A DNA stretch of 64,000 nucleotides from Minisyncoccota bacterium (GTDB lineage: Bacteria > Patescibacteriota > Minisyncoccia > Phycocordibacterales > UBA9973), in NCBI GenBank assembly GCA_036517375.1, contig DATDWM010000017.1, positions 3,208 to 67,207 of the forward strand, in the 5' to 3' direction. Shown here in pieces: positions 9,489-18,767 of the stretch. Below the pieces are notes generated by a model that did no database searches, had not been told where the DNA came from, and saw only the letters and a list, made by a program, of their open reading frames with translations. The stretch's first letter is position 1. Each line of letters begins with the position of its first letter. The position numbers and the translations under genes are program-made.

Positions 9489-10292
9489 TTATTTTATTGC
9501 TAAAATTTGACGAATTATATTTTTGGTTTCTTCAGGATTTTTAACTGTCATATAGTCCACTCCAGTTTTAATAACCGGATAATCATTACCACCTGGAAAC
9601 ATTGCGTCACCTATAAAAAGCATTTTGTTTACCGGTACTTTTAAGTATTTTTTAAATTGCCGAATACCAAATGCTTTATCAATTCCCTTTTTCGTTACAT
9701 CAATAGTAGTGAACCCAGCTGCGCGCACTTCTAAGTTAGGAAGTTTCTTCTGAACCTCTCTGGTAATTTTCATTTTTGTTTTTAAATTATTTTTTAACCA
9801 CTCTTCTTTCATTTTGACACCCTTGTCACCCAAAACACGCACTATATCCTGCCCGTATACCGAAAAGGCCATCTGGGAGCCTCCCCTGTTTTCAATGAGT
9901 TCCCCATAAGTTTTCTTTGGATGTTGATACCCTATTTCTTTAAAAACTTCATAGAAGGCTTTCCTGATTTGAGAAATTTCAAAAGGGGTTAAAGATAAAG
10001 AGTAAACTCTCTTCCATCCACGCTCGTATTTATAAAAAGCGGTAGCGGTAGTTGGAAATAGAAAAAGATTTTTCAGAGATTCTTTGGAACATTTAAGTTG
10101 CCGTACGAGTAACTCCTGGAAAACTGAGTACTTTCCACCACCAATTACAACCACTCTTTTAACTAAAAGAAGTCTTGCTACTAATTCGGACATCTCGACA
10201 TCCATGGGTGACTTTGTCCGGACTAGCGTCCCATCTAAATCAAACACAATCAAATCTTTACTTCCAATATTTTTTAAATTTAAAATTTTCAT
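9489..10292 (-). CDS. HAD-IIB hydrolase, phosphomannomutase-like
   Basis: FDLDGTL, TTIDVTKKGIDKA, FIGDAMFPGGNDYP; start chosen at MKILNL just after the upstream gene. Confidence 0.82.
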   Translation of the reverse strand: MKILNLKNIGSKDLIVFDLDGTLVRTKSPMDVEMSELVARLLLVKRVVVIGGGKYSVFQELLVRQLKCSKESLKNLFLFPTTATAFYKYERGWKRVYSLSLTPFEISQIRKAFYEVFKEIGYQHPKKTYGELIENRGGSQMAFSVYGQDIVRVLGDKGVKMKEEWLKNNLKTKMKITREVQKKLPNLEVRAAGFTTIDVTKKGIDKAFGIRQFKKYLKVPVNKMLFIGDAMFPGGNDYPVIKTGVDYMTVKNPEETKNIIRQILAIK

Positions 10293-10293
10293 T

Positions 10294-10794
10294 TTAGCGT
10301 TTCTTTTTATTGTGATTTTCCTTGGAATATTCTTTAAGGAGTAGTGAGGAACTGCGTACCTTACCTCCATGCCCCACATTGAAAGCCATTTTGATACCTA
10401 AATTTTGGCACAATTCATATTCGGGAATATTGTCTGCAAATCTGTCCCCACCGTTAGCAAAGATGTAAGGTTTCACTTTCATTAACTCCTTACAAACACT
10501 TATATCTTTCGTGTCTTTACTATGCCCGGTGATTACTACTTCGTCCACGCAGGCCAGAGCCTCTAGAATTTCCTTACGCTCGGTTGCCGGCATAAAGACA
10601 GACTTACCCTTAACTCGGAACCAATGATCATTGTTTAAAATTATTACCAGCTTGTCACCCAAAGCCTTAGCTGCCTGAAAGAGTCGCACATGCCCGATGT
10701 GCACCGGGTCAAAACCGCCAGACACTGCCACCACCTTACTCCCTTTTACTCTATTGATTCTCTTAGTTCTCTTGATTTTAGTTGTTTTCTTCAT
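10294..10794 (-). CDS. Cytidyltransferase-like family protein
   Basis: SGGFDPVHIGH, FANGGDR, KVRSSS motifs. Confidence 0.85.
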   Translation of the reverse strand: MKKTTKIKRTKRINRVKGSKVVAVSGGFDPVHIGHVRLFQAAKALGDKLVIILNNDHWFRVKGKSVFMPATERKEILEALACVDEVVITGHSKDTKDISVCKELMKVKPYIFANGGDRFADNIPEYELCQNLGIKMAFNVGHGGKVRSSSLLLKEYSKENHNKKKR

Positions 10795-10849
10795 AAATAA
10801 CCGACTATTTAGTATCCAAATTGTAGCAAATTTATGCTAAAATTGTAAT

Positions 10850-11515
10850 ATGGTGAAAAAGATAATCTACTTTGTACGACACGGGGAAACAGATCGTAAT
10901 GCCGAAGGCATTAGGCAGGGAGCAGAAGGACCCCTGAGCGAAAAAGGTCGTACTCAAGCCTCTCAAACAGCCAAAAAATTTCCAAAATATAAAGGAAGGC
11001 CAGAAGTGATTATCGCGAGTCCTTATGAACGTACCAAGGAAACTGCAGCCATAATCGGCCAGGAATTATCCATGCAGGTGGAATATTCCGACCTTCTAGT
11101 GGAGCGTAAAAATCCTTCAGAGATAGTGGATCATAAAGGAGAAGAGCGAGAAGTCAGAACAATAGTGGACCGCATTGATAAAAGTTTCCATGATGACAAC
11201 CTTAGATATTCCGACGAAGAAAACTTCACTGACCTTAAAGAAAGGGCTCGAAAATTATTGGAATATATTAAATCTCGCCCTGAGGAGCACATAATCATGG
11301 TAACGCACGGCATCTTTTTAAAGATGGTAGTAAGTTATATGAACTACGGGGACAAATTAACTGCCTCTGAATACAACAAACTCAGCTTTTTTAACCCGAT
11401 CAACAACGCTGGAATGACTATAGTAAAATATATGTCTCATTGGTTTACTAAAGATGAATGGAAGCTCATCACCTGGAACGACAACCTGATTTTAGAAGAA
11501 AAACCAAAAAAATAG
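10850..11515 (+). CDS. Histidine phosphatase (phosphoglycerate mutase family)
   Basis: FVRHGET, SPYERTKETA, VTHG motifs. Confidence 0.9.
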   Translation: MVKKIIYFVRHGETDRNAEGIRQGAEGPLSEKGRTQASQTAKKFPKYKGRPEVIIASPYERTKETAAIIGQELSMQVEYSDLLVERKNPSEIVDHKGEEREVRTIVDRIDKSFHDDNLRYSDEENFTDLKERARKLLEYIKSRPEEHIIMVTHGIFLKMVVSYMNYGDKLTASEYNKLSFFNPINNAGMTIVKYMSHWFTKDEWKLITWNDNLILEEKPKK

Positions 11516-11525
11516 TATGTGCGTG

Positions 11526-11969
11526 CTAGCTAGGCGGATGATCCTTCATTCTTTTCTCTAGATGCACCAGCTTGTCTTCAATGCCCACTAAGGCGTCTTT
11601 GATACTAGAGATAGCGCCTACTTCATTCTTTACTTCGCCTTCTGTTTTTTCAGTCAGTCTTTTTTCACCGCGAAGCCCGGAGAGGATAAGCTCATTACCG
11701 ATGAAGCTCGAAATAAAAGCACCAGTAAAATATAAAATAGTACCTCCAACTAAAAGCGAAAAGGGTCCATCCCACCAAGGAGAGTTAAAAGCATCTGTAC
11801 TAAAATAGTCCTGGCCATAAGTTAAATAAGCATGAATCTGATCCGCGCTATGCCATATCCCCCGCCAGAACAACACAACGCCGATACCCACAATAAATGC
11901 GTAAGTCTTGGGTCGGTGGCTTAAAAATATAGTAATCCTCTGCTCCAATCTAGAAGTGATGCTTTTCAT
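11526..11969 (-). CDS. Hypothetical membrane protein
   Basis: Two hydrophobic segments (GVVLFWRGIW) and a coiled C-terminus. Confidence 0.7.
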   Translation of the reverse strand: MKSITSRLEQRITIFLSHRPKTYAFIVGIGVVLFWRGIWHSADQIHAYLTYGQDYFSTDAFNSPWWDGPFSLLVGGTILYFTGAFISSFIGNELILSGLRGEKRLTEKTEGEVKNEVGAISSIKDALVGIEDKLVHLEKRMKDHPPS

Positions 11970-12135
11970 ATTACAAATATATCATACTTTTTAGAAATTA
12001 CTATAGTATGACTTGGCCGTAGTGGCACAGACCTACCGCTAGGTCTTGCCTAGCGGAGAAAAAATTTTTATCTTCACTTAAAATCAGATAGTTAAACGAA
12101 ACTCCCCGGATAAATCCGAGGAGAAATGAAAAGAG

Positions 12136-12168
12136 TTACGAACACCACCGAAGCGATAGTTCCGATTC
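12136..12168 (-). repeat. Truncated DGR template repeat (TR 3' end/IMH*)
   Basis: 28/33 identical to 12189-12221; 4 of 5 mismatches fall at coding-strand adenines (AAT>CGT, AAC>CGC). Confidence 0.75.
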
Positions 12169-12171
12169 ACC

Positions 12172-12186
12172 AAGTCCTGAGGACTT
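12172..12186. promoter_or_regulatory. Hairpin/cruciform immediately downstream of the DGR variable region
   Basis: aagtcc-tga-ggactt, perfect 6-bp stem with 3-nt loop, overlapping the target stop codon. Confidence 0.65.
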
Positions 12187-12820
12187 ACTTACGGACACCA
12201 CCGAAGCGATAGCGCCGACGCCGCTGATAGGCGCACTGGTAAACGTACACCTCGCGCAAGTCGCCGTAGCGGTCGAACGAAGCGTAGCTAGCACTGCCGT
12301 TCTCCGAGAGATCCCACTGGCAACTATTAGGTCTCTCGGCCTTGTCGGCTCCGTTGACAGCACACTGCCAGTAAAAGTCCGGCACGAGATTTCGGAGTCC
12401 GTACTCGCGCGCGAGCTCCGTCGGTGTCGGATCGTAGTCGAGGTCGAAGAACCAGCCCTCGACCTCAACCACACCGTGCCCGGTCTTCGGTGCACGCTCG
12501 AGCACCTTGTCGTCAAGGTAACAGACAATCCGACCCATTGCGTCGAGTGCCTGTCGTTCCGTGCGGGTGTAATCCACCCGCGCCCGACGCGATATCATCT
12601 TCGCACGACGTTCCACGCGAGAGCGAAGACAGTTGAACATCTCCTCCACAAGCGCGTCACCTTCCTCTTCGAGCACCACCTGAACATCAGGGTGTGCGAG
12701 GGTTCCTCCGTCCTCACGGCACTTAGTCATGAACCAATCAGCTGCGCTGCTGGCCTGACCCATGTCCATGGGGACGAAGGAGACGGGGGCAACAACTTTT
12801 TTTTTAGTCATCGGCGTCAT
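12185..12820 (-). CDS. Putative DGR target protein with C-terminal variable region
   Basis: GC-rich relative to flanks; C-terminus ...YRFGGVRK* duplicated downstream with A-specific differences; AGGAG upstream of alternative start 12811. Confidence 0.75.
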   Translation of the reverse strand: MTPMTKKKVVAPVSFVPMDMGQASSAADWFMTKCREDGGTLAHPDVQVVLEEEGDALVEEMFNCLRSRVERRAKMISRRARVDYTRTERQALDAMGRIVCYLDDKVLERAPKTGHGVVEVEGWFFDLDYDPTPTELAREYGLRNLVPDFYWQCAVNGADKAERPNSCQWDLSENGSASYASFDRYGDLREVYVYQCAYQRRRRYRFGGVRK

Positions 12821-12994
12821 CTCCTGGTTGTACCAATAGGGCTAAGTCCCTTTCGCCACAGCAGAAAAAATCCTTATCTAAAAGATACTCTCTGCTGTAG
12901 CGAATTTCACAAGTATTTAAAAGAGCATATATTTGCGCATTATACACCTTTTATGCTTAAAGGTCAATATTCTAAATACTCTTTATACTAAAGC

Positions 12995-14182
12995 CTAGAA
13001 ATTACTATAGTAGGATTTGGCGGTGGTGGTACAAATATCCTTATCGTTACCGCCCAATATCTTACAATATTCGAGCGCTTCTTTGTCGGAATGATAATAA
13101 GAAATTATTTCTTTAACTGCCCCGATCACGCAGTTGGTGATGTCATTTGGGTCAGTTGCCATCTCACACATTTCTTTTGTTTTTTGCTTCTCATGATGCG
13201 CTTGGTTGGCCACGTCTCGGCCCATGCTCTGGTTGCAGATATCCCGATACGGCTGCTCTACGGTGGCGCATAAGTCAAAGACTTTTTTATAATTAAATCC
13301 GGTAACCTGGAGCGCGTAAGAAGTCTGCCCTAGGTAACATTGACCTTTATATTTAGTATCCACCGCAGTACAAGGATATAGTGGCTCCGCGGGTTTCAAA
13401 TATTTTACTCCGTTTTTATGATCCGCTACATTGGTACTATCAATGATATTCTGCATGTACACCCCGCCATAACAAGACTCTTGCTCCCAGAAGCCAGTCA
13501 AGCTGTCGCACATTTTAAGTGAATCAAAAAGCTCATCTTTTAAAATTGCCATGATGCCGTGCCCTAGCCCATGCACGCAATTGTAATAATTAAAATTATA
13601 AGTATCTTTACCGGGAATATCAGCGCAGATAGTATTTAATTCTTTGGATAAATTTTCAAGCCCAATGTTCGCGATCATGCCTTCCATAATTCCATGATAA
13701 TATCCGCTCCAACAAAAAGAATCCCCGTTCGCAAATGCTTCGGAAATAGTTTTATAATTCCCTACCGCCTGCCTACCAATGACATGCATAAGCGGATGAC
13801 ACTGGGAGAGTATAGAGGAACTTTCCTGGGAACGTTTCTGTATATCAGCACTCGCAGTAGTCACGCCATAGTCTTTTACTAAAGTTTTATAATGATCTAC
13901 GTAACAGCCGTATAAAGCAGGCGAATTTTCACACAAATCAGCATCGTAAACATAGGGCACACCCTTCGCATTGATGGGATTATCCGCGAGGATCGATCTG
14001 CTTCTGGTTAAATTATTGGTCTCACCCATGGCTCGACTTAATACTTGGCTGTCCGGCTGGAAAACCATCGGGCTCGCATTCTCCTCCCCGGGATTTTGGA
14101 AATATTTCGCATATACTATTCCAAACCCTACCGCGAGCACCAGAAGAGCGATCAGTACTTTTACTATAGTTCCAGTTTTCAT
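12995..14182 (-). CDS. Exported Cys/His-repeat protein, function unknown
   Basis: N-terminal TM; repeated CHPLMHVIG, CWSGYYHG, CVHGLGHG, CYGG motifs. Confidence 0.75.
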   Translation of the reverse strand: MKTGTIVKVLIALLVLAVGFGIVYAKYFQNPGEENASPMVFQPDSQVLSRAMGETNNLTRSRSILADNPINAKGVPYVYDADLCENSPALYGCYVDHYKTLVKDYGVTTASADIQKRSQESSSILSQCHPLMHVIGRQAVGNYKTISEAFANGDSFCWSGYYHGIMEGMIANIGLENLSKELNTICADIPGKDTYNFNYYNCVHGLGHGIMAILKDELFDSLKMCDSLTGFWEQESCYGGVYMQNIIDSTNVADHKNGVKYLKPAEPLYPCTAVDTKYKGQCYLGQTSYALQVTGFNYKKVFDLCATVEQPYRDICNQSMGRDVANQAHHEKQKTKEMCEMATDPNDITNCVIGAVKEIISYYHSDKEALEYCKILGGNDKDICTTTAKSYYSNF

Positions 14183-14252
14183 ATTTGTGTTTTAATAATA
14201 GCATTTTAAAAAACAAATTGAAGTCTAGGTTGTTAATTGATATAATCAGGCT

Positions 14253-14945
14253 ATGGCTTCACGAATAATGGATAAAATCATAGCTTTCGTAAATCCAGTC
14301 AGGTTTAAGGAAGAAACAAGCTACCTGGAAAACATATTAAATGAATATAAGAGCAAACGTCCCAATTACGAAGAGTTCCGCGTAGCCGCCCACAAGACGC
14401 TTGAGGCATTGCTCAAGGAATTTGAGTATAAGTACCAGATTGTCTCTCGTACGAAGACCCATGCCCGCCTAGAGGAGAAACTCTTACGTAAAGCGGAAAA
14501 AGGCACGTATTATCATTCCGTAGAGGAAGTAGAGGACTTGGTGGGAATCCGGGTTATTTTCTATACCGAGAGTGACCGAGAAAAATTCGCTAAACAAATC
14601 AAGGATGAGATAGGTGGCTTTATGAAAATAGAAGAGAGGCAGAATGAAAATGGCTACAAGGCAACGCACATAGTAATGTCCTTCGGCCCAAAAAGAGTAA
14701 AGCTTAGTGAATATAAGCACTTCCATGGCCTCAAGAGTGAAGTACAGATTACTTCCATCCTGCATCATGCCTGGGCAGAAGTGGAACACGACCTCATTTA
14801 CAAAGACATCAACAACTTGAAAAGTCGCGACCCAGCAAAATTCGAACTCATGAAAGAAAAGATGAATAAACTACTAGAAAAATACATCAAAAAAGCCGCT
14901 GAAGAGCTAGAGAATATAATGCGTGACAGTATGGATCCGAAATAA
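14253..14945 (+). CDS. Small RelA/SpoT-domain (p)ppGpp synthetase-like protein
   Basis: SRTKT, EDLVGIRVI, GYKATH, EVQITSILHHAWAEVEHDLIYK motifs. Confidence 0.85.
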   Translation: MASRIMDKIIAFVNPVRFKEETSYLENILNEYKSKRPNYEEFRVAAHKTLEALLKEFEYKYQIVSRTKTHARLEEKLLRKAEKGTYYHSVEEVEDLVGIRVIFYTESDREKFAKQIKDEIGGFMKIEERQNENGYKATHIVMSFGPKRVKLSEYKHFHGLKSEVQITSILHHAWAEVEHDLIYKDINNLKSRDPAKFELMKEKMNKLLEKYIKKAAEELENIMRDSMDPK

Positions 14946-14946
14946 A

Positions 14947-15078
14947 TTATTTAGATCTTTTTCCTTTGCGAGCTCTCTTAGCCGCAAGCATAGCGTGCTT
15001 GATAGCTAGGCGCTTCTTGGTTTTGTGTGAACGTCTTGATTTTTTCTTCGGACTTAAAGTTGTGCTTCGTTTTGCCAT
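14947..15078 (-). CDS. Small highly basic protein (43 aa), below the ORF-track cutoff
   Basis: MAKRSTTLSPKKKSRRSHKTKKRLAIKHAMLAAKRARKGKRSK*; fills the intergenic gap with an AT-rich upstream region. Confidence 0.65.
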   Translation of the reverse strand: MAKRSTTLSPKKKSRRSHKTKKRLAIKHAMLAAKRARKGKRSK

Positions 15079-15149
15079 GATATTTTAATTAAATTTATAA
15101 GCTAAGCCAGTATACCTTAATTCAATGATTTATGGAAGGCCCAGAAGAT

Positions 15150-16904
15150 CTAAGACCTTTCTCCTATCTGCTGGCGCCACATAGCGCTATAGAGTCCCCC
15201 TTTATCCAAGAGCTCAGTGTGTGAGCCATGTTCGGTAATGCTACCTTTTTCTAATACATAAATAGTGTCGGCATGCATGATGGTAGAGAGTCTATGTGCG
15301 ATGAGTATGGTAATGTGAGAACTCTTCGTAGATATTTTTTTGGAAAGATCTTTTATGGTTTTACTTATTTCTTCTTCCGTCAGAGAGTCAAGTGAACTCG
15401 TAGCTTCGTCAAAGATTAAAATATTGGGTTTGCGGAGTAAGGCGCGCGCAATGGATAAACGTTGTTTTTCTCCGCCGGAAACCTTGACCCCACCCTCACC
15501 AATGAGCGTGTCGAGCCCTTTACCCGCCCGTTCCAACAAGTTCTGACATTGGGCTTTATTTAAAGCGTCCATACATTCTGCATCTGTAGCAGTAGGCCGA
15601 ACGAAAAGCAAGTTCTCGCGTATCGTGCCGGCAAAGAGCTGCGTATCTTGGGTCACGAATCCGATCTGCACTCTTAGGTCTTCTTTATTCACAAGTTCGA
15701 AAGGTATATCATTATAATATATTCCCCCCTCTGTGGGCAAATAAAGCCCCACCAATAATTTGACTAGCGAGGTCTTCCCTGAGCCAGAGGGACCCACGAA
15801 AGCAATAGTCTGCCCACGAGTAACATTGTAGGAAATATTTTTAAGAGCCTTCTCACTGCTTGAATCATACTTGAAGGACACATCCTTGAAAGATAGATTT
15901 TCTATTGCGCCAATGTGTTTGGGGTCAGTGGCTACCTTTTCCTTGGGCGTGTTCATTAACTTTTCGAAATTCGCGAGGGAAGCTTCTGCTTCACGATACG
16001 TTCCTATTATGGCGCCAAGTTCTTGCAATGGAGTAAAGATATAAAAAGAGTATATGTAGAGGGAAAAGAATTGCCCGAAAGTAATAGTGCGATTAAAAAT
16101 TAAATATAACAAAAAGAATAAAATACTAGTGCGCAAGAAATTGATCACAGTGCCTTGAATAAAAGAAAGTGACCGTAGATAGCGGAGTTTTTTTAATTCT
16201 AAGATTAAGATCTTCTCGGTGGTGCTGTTTAGGCGTTCTACTTCCTGACCTGCTAGGCCTAGGCTCTTCACAAGCTCAATGTTCCGGAGTGACTCAGTAG
16301 TGGAGCCTGCTAAAGCCGTAGTTTCCGCCACTATCAGTGTCTGAATGTCTTTTATTTTCTTTGAAAGAAGTAGACTCATGCCAGAAATAACGGGAATGGT
16401 TGCAAAAAAAGCTACCGCTACCCCCCAATATATACTAGTGGCATAGATAGCTACAAAAATAAAACCGATTAAAGAAATAAATAGTATATTGACCAGTGCT
16501 GCTATTAACTTTTCTGTATCTTGTCTTACTTTTTGTAATTTACCCAGCGTCTCCCCGCTCCGTTCATCTTCAAAGATGCTATAAGGAAGTGACAGTGAGT
16601 GGGATATACCGTCCCGATACAAGTCCGCCCCTACTCTCTGACTGATACCATTTAGGAAATAGTCTTGGAAATTCTTGGCCACTCGGGATACGAAGGCCAC
16701 CCCCACAATAGCTAGTAGTAGTAGCCCAATCCCTTTGAAAAATTCAGGTTTGGTATACATATCCGGCTTTGTAGCATATTCATCGATAACATGCTGGAAG
16801 ATGTAAGGGTCAAGCAAAGAAAAAGTCTGGTTGATGGTGGCCAGCGTCAGGGTTAAAACACAGAGTTTCCAATATTTCTTTAAATAACTATAAAAAATAC
16901 GCAT
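15150..16904 (-). CDS. ABC exporter, fused permease/ATPase
   Basis: N-terminal TM domain, GPSGSGKT, VSGGEKQR, IFDEATSSLD. Confidence 0.93.
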   Translation of the reverse strand: MRIFYSYLKKYWKLCVLTLTLATINQTFSLLDPYIFQHVIDEYATKPDMYTKPEFFKGIGLLLLAIVGVAFVSRVAKNFQDYFLNGISQRVGADLYRDGISHSLSLPYSIFEDERSGETLGKLQKVRQDTEKLIAALVNILFISLIGFIFVAIYATSIYWGVAVAFFATIPVISGMSLLLSKKIKDIQTLIVAETTALAGSTTESLRNIELVKSLGLAGQEVERLNSTTEKILILELKKLRYLRSLSFIQGTVINFLRTSILFFLLYLIFNRTITFGQFFSLYIYSFYIFTPLQELGAIIGTYREAEASLANFEKLMNTPKEKVATDPKHIGAIENLSFKDVSFKYDSSSEKALKNISYNVTRGQTIAFVGPSGSGKTSLVKLLVGLYLPTEGGIYYNDIPFELVNKEDLRVQIGFVTQDTQLFAGTIRENLLFVRPTATDAECMDALNKAQCQNLLERAGKGLDTLIGEGGVKVSGGEKQRLSIARALLRKPNILIFDEATSSLDSLTEEEISKTIKDLSKKISTKSSHITILIAHRLSTIMHADTIYVLEKGSITEHGSHTELLDKGGLYSAMWRQQIGERS

Positions 16905-16938
16905 AAGGCTCCATCTTAGCACAAAATTCGGAAATTAT

Positions 16939-17688
16939 TTAGGGTGCGGGATACCACTCGAGCTGTATAACTTCAACCTCTTTATTCCCTGCATTTACAA
17001 TTTGTTTGAATTTAGCCACGTCACTGAAACCCTCTGGTGTGCGATAGTGATATGGATAAACTGCGCCAGGCTTGAACGCCAAGACTGCATCCGCAGCTTC
17101 CTCAACGCCCATGGTGTACGGTAAATTCATTGCGACAAAGGCTAGATCAATACCTATTAAATTCCTCATCTCCGGGATGCCTGCGGTGTCGCCAGAGATA
17201 TATACTCTCTTGTCACCTCTCTCCACTACGTAACCATTACCACGGCCCTTCAGGTGATAACTCGTAGGAGACTCTGGTAAATTATACATTGGTATTGCTT
17301 CTATTTTAAAACCAGCATGGTCCAGCACCTCACCATTGTTCATTACTAACACTTGAGGTTTGAGCTCTTCTGGTATTTCGTCCGCTACCGCCTGAGGCGC
17401 CACGATTATTGTCTGTGCTTTTGTGACAGTCTTTAAGGCTTCTACGTCTAAATGATCACCGTGAATATCTGTAAGTAAAATCAAGTCCGGAATAGCTAGA
17501 CCTTCGAACACCTTCGCCTCCCCAACTGGATCAGTATATACCGTCATTCCATCCCAGTTTAAAACCATACTGGCATGGGAAATAGGCACAACGCTCACCT
17601 GGCTCACATTTTCCTCAATTTGATTTTTATTCATTTTAACAAAAAAAATTAAACCTAATACAACTATCACTATAAATATTATTTTCAT
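16939..17688 (-). CDS. MBL-fold metallo-hydrolase
   Basis: TDIHGDHLD, YISGDT, YPYHY motifs; N-terminal anchor. Confidence 0.85.
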   Translation of the reverse strand: MKIIFIVIVVLGLIFFVKMNKNQIEENVSQVSVVPISHASMVLNWDGMTVYTDPVGEAKVFEGLAIPDLILLTDIHGDHLDVEALKTVTKAQTIIVAPQAVADEIPEELKPQVLVMNNGEVLDHAGFKIEAIPMYNLPESPTSYHLKGRGNGYVVERGDKRVYISGDTAGIPEMRNLIGIDLAFVAMNLPYTMGVEEAADAVLAFKPGAVYPYHYRTPEGFSDVAKFKQIVNAGNKEVEVIQLEWYPAP

Positions 17689-17782
17689 AGTTTAATTGAG
17701 TAATTAATTGTAATATAGCACTGTATAATTTTAGCATAAAATTTAAAAAGCTATGATCCACAGAATTTGATAGAATATCTGA

Positions 17783-18043
17783 ATGGTAACTAAAAAAGAA
17801 ACTACTCTTTGGGGGGTACATAAAATGCCCGCGGATTTAAAAAAGTCCCTAATGTCTAACAGGGCGGCACAAGCCATATGGGAGGACATCACCCCACTCG
17901 CGCGCAATGAGTGGATCTGCTGGGTTATATCTGGGAAGCGGGCCGAAACGCGAAACATCCGTATAAAGAAAACAATCTCAAAGCTTAAAAGCGGGATGCG
18001 CCGACCGTGCTGCTGGACTGGCTGTATTCATCGCACCTTATAA
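17783..18043 (+). CDS. YdeI/OmpD-associated family protein
   Basis: PADLKKSL...ITPLARNEWICWV...KRAETR...RRPCCW. Confidence 0.8.
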   Translation: MVTKKETTLWGVHKMPADLKKSLMSNRAAQAIWEDITPLARNEWICWVISGKRAETRNIRIKKTISKLKSGMRRPCCWTGCIHRTL

Positions 18044-18103
18044 TAACATCAGTAGTAAAAGATCACTGAAAATATTCCTAAAATAAAAAAAACCTGAAGG
18101 GGG

Positions 18104-18616
18104 TTATTTTTTCTTGTTTAAATCTTTCATCATCTCCGTCCCCCTGTGAAGTTGCACGGCATTAGTATTTTGTGATTGTCCATTGATATCAGACATTTCT
18201 TTTAGTGTTAAGTCCTGCTTATAACGCATAAACATTATCTTTTGATACTTTATTGGAAGTCGACGAATTAAAAGAAGTGCCATCTTGCCGTCTAACTTGT
18301 TTACAAGTTTTGGAATATCGTTTACCATTGGCTCAAAACCTTTTTTCATAAGTGAATCTAAAGATACTGGTTTATGCTTTCTGTATTGGTCTATAATCAG
18401 ATTGTTTAGGATGTGATATAGAAAAGCTTTCATTAGATCTATCTTGCCTCCTTTTACGAGATATTTCCATGTTTTAAGGAATGTATCTTGGACTAGATCT
18501 TCCCCTAGCATGTGGTCGCTGACCTTAAAAAAGGCGCGCTTATTAAGCCCAACCTCATAATCCTTATGAGCTTCAGTCAAAATCGCGTCTATTTTATTAG
18601 TCTGTTCCGGAGTCAT
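18104..18616 (-). CDS. ECF (sigma-70 group 4) RNA polymerase sigma factor
   Basis: EDLVQDTFLKTW, NLIIDQYRK, region-4 HTH (DLTLKEMS...VQLHRG). Confidence 0.88.
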   Translation of the reverse strand: MTPEQTNKIDAILTEAHKDYEVGLNKRAFFKVSDHMLGEDLVQDTFLKTWKYLVKGGKIDLMKAFLYHILNNLIIDQYRKHKPVSLDSLMKKGFEPMVNDIPKLVNKLDGKMALLLIRRLPIKYQKIMFMRYKQDLTLKEMSDINGQSQNTNAVQLHRGTEMMKDLNKKK

Positions 18617-18767
18617 TACAATAGTAAGCCGTATGGGCAAGCATTATATTACAATGGAGTAGAAGGAACCTATATCTGATAGGTCTATCGATTAGATTGA
18701 TTATAGCATGTATTAGAATAAAAAGGGGTTGTAATAGTTTCCATCCTTAAACGGCTTAAGTTTGCAT

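Noticed and set aside
12136-12330. Complete active DGR
   Set aside because: No reverse transcriptase or avd ORF in the window and the TR match is only 33 nt; reported as a remnant or remote target only.
12136-12991. Alternative-frame ORFs (12136-12528, 12424-12636, 12476-12991)
   Set aside because: Shadow ORFs of the GC-rich 211-aa gene, where stop codons are scarce; no motifs.
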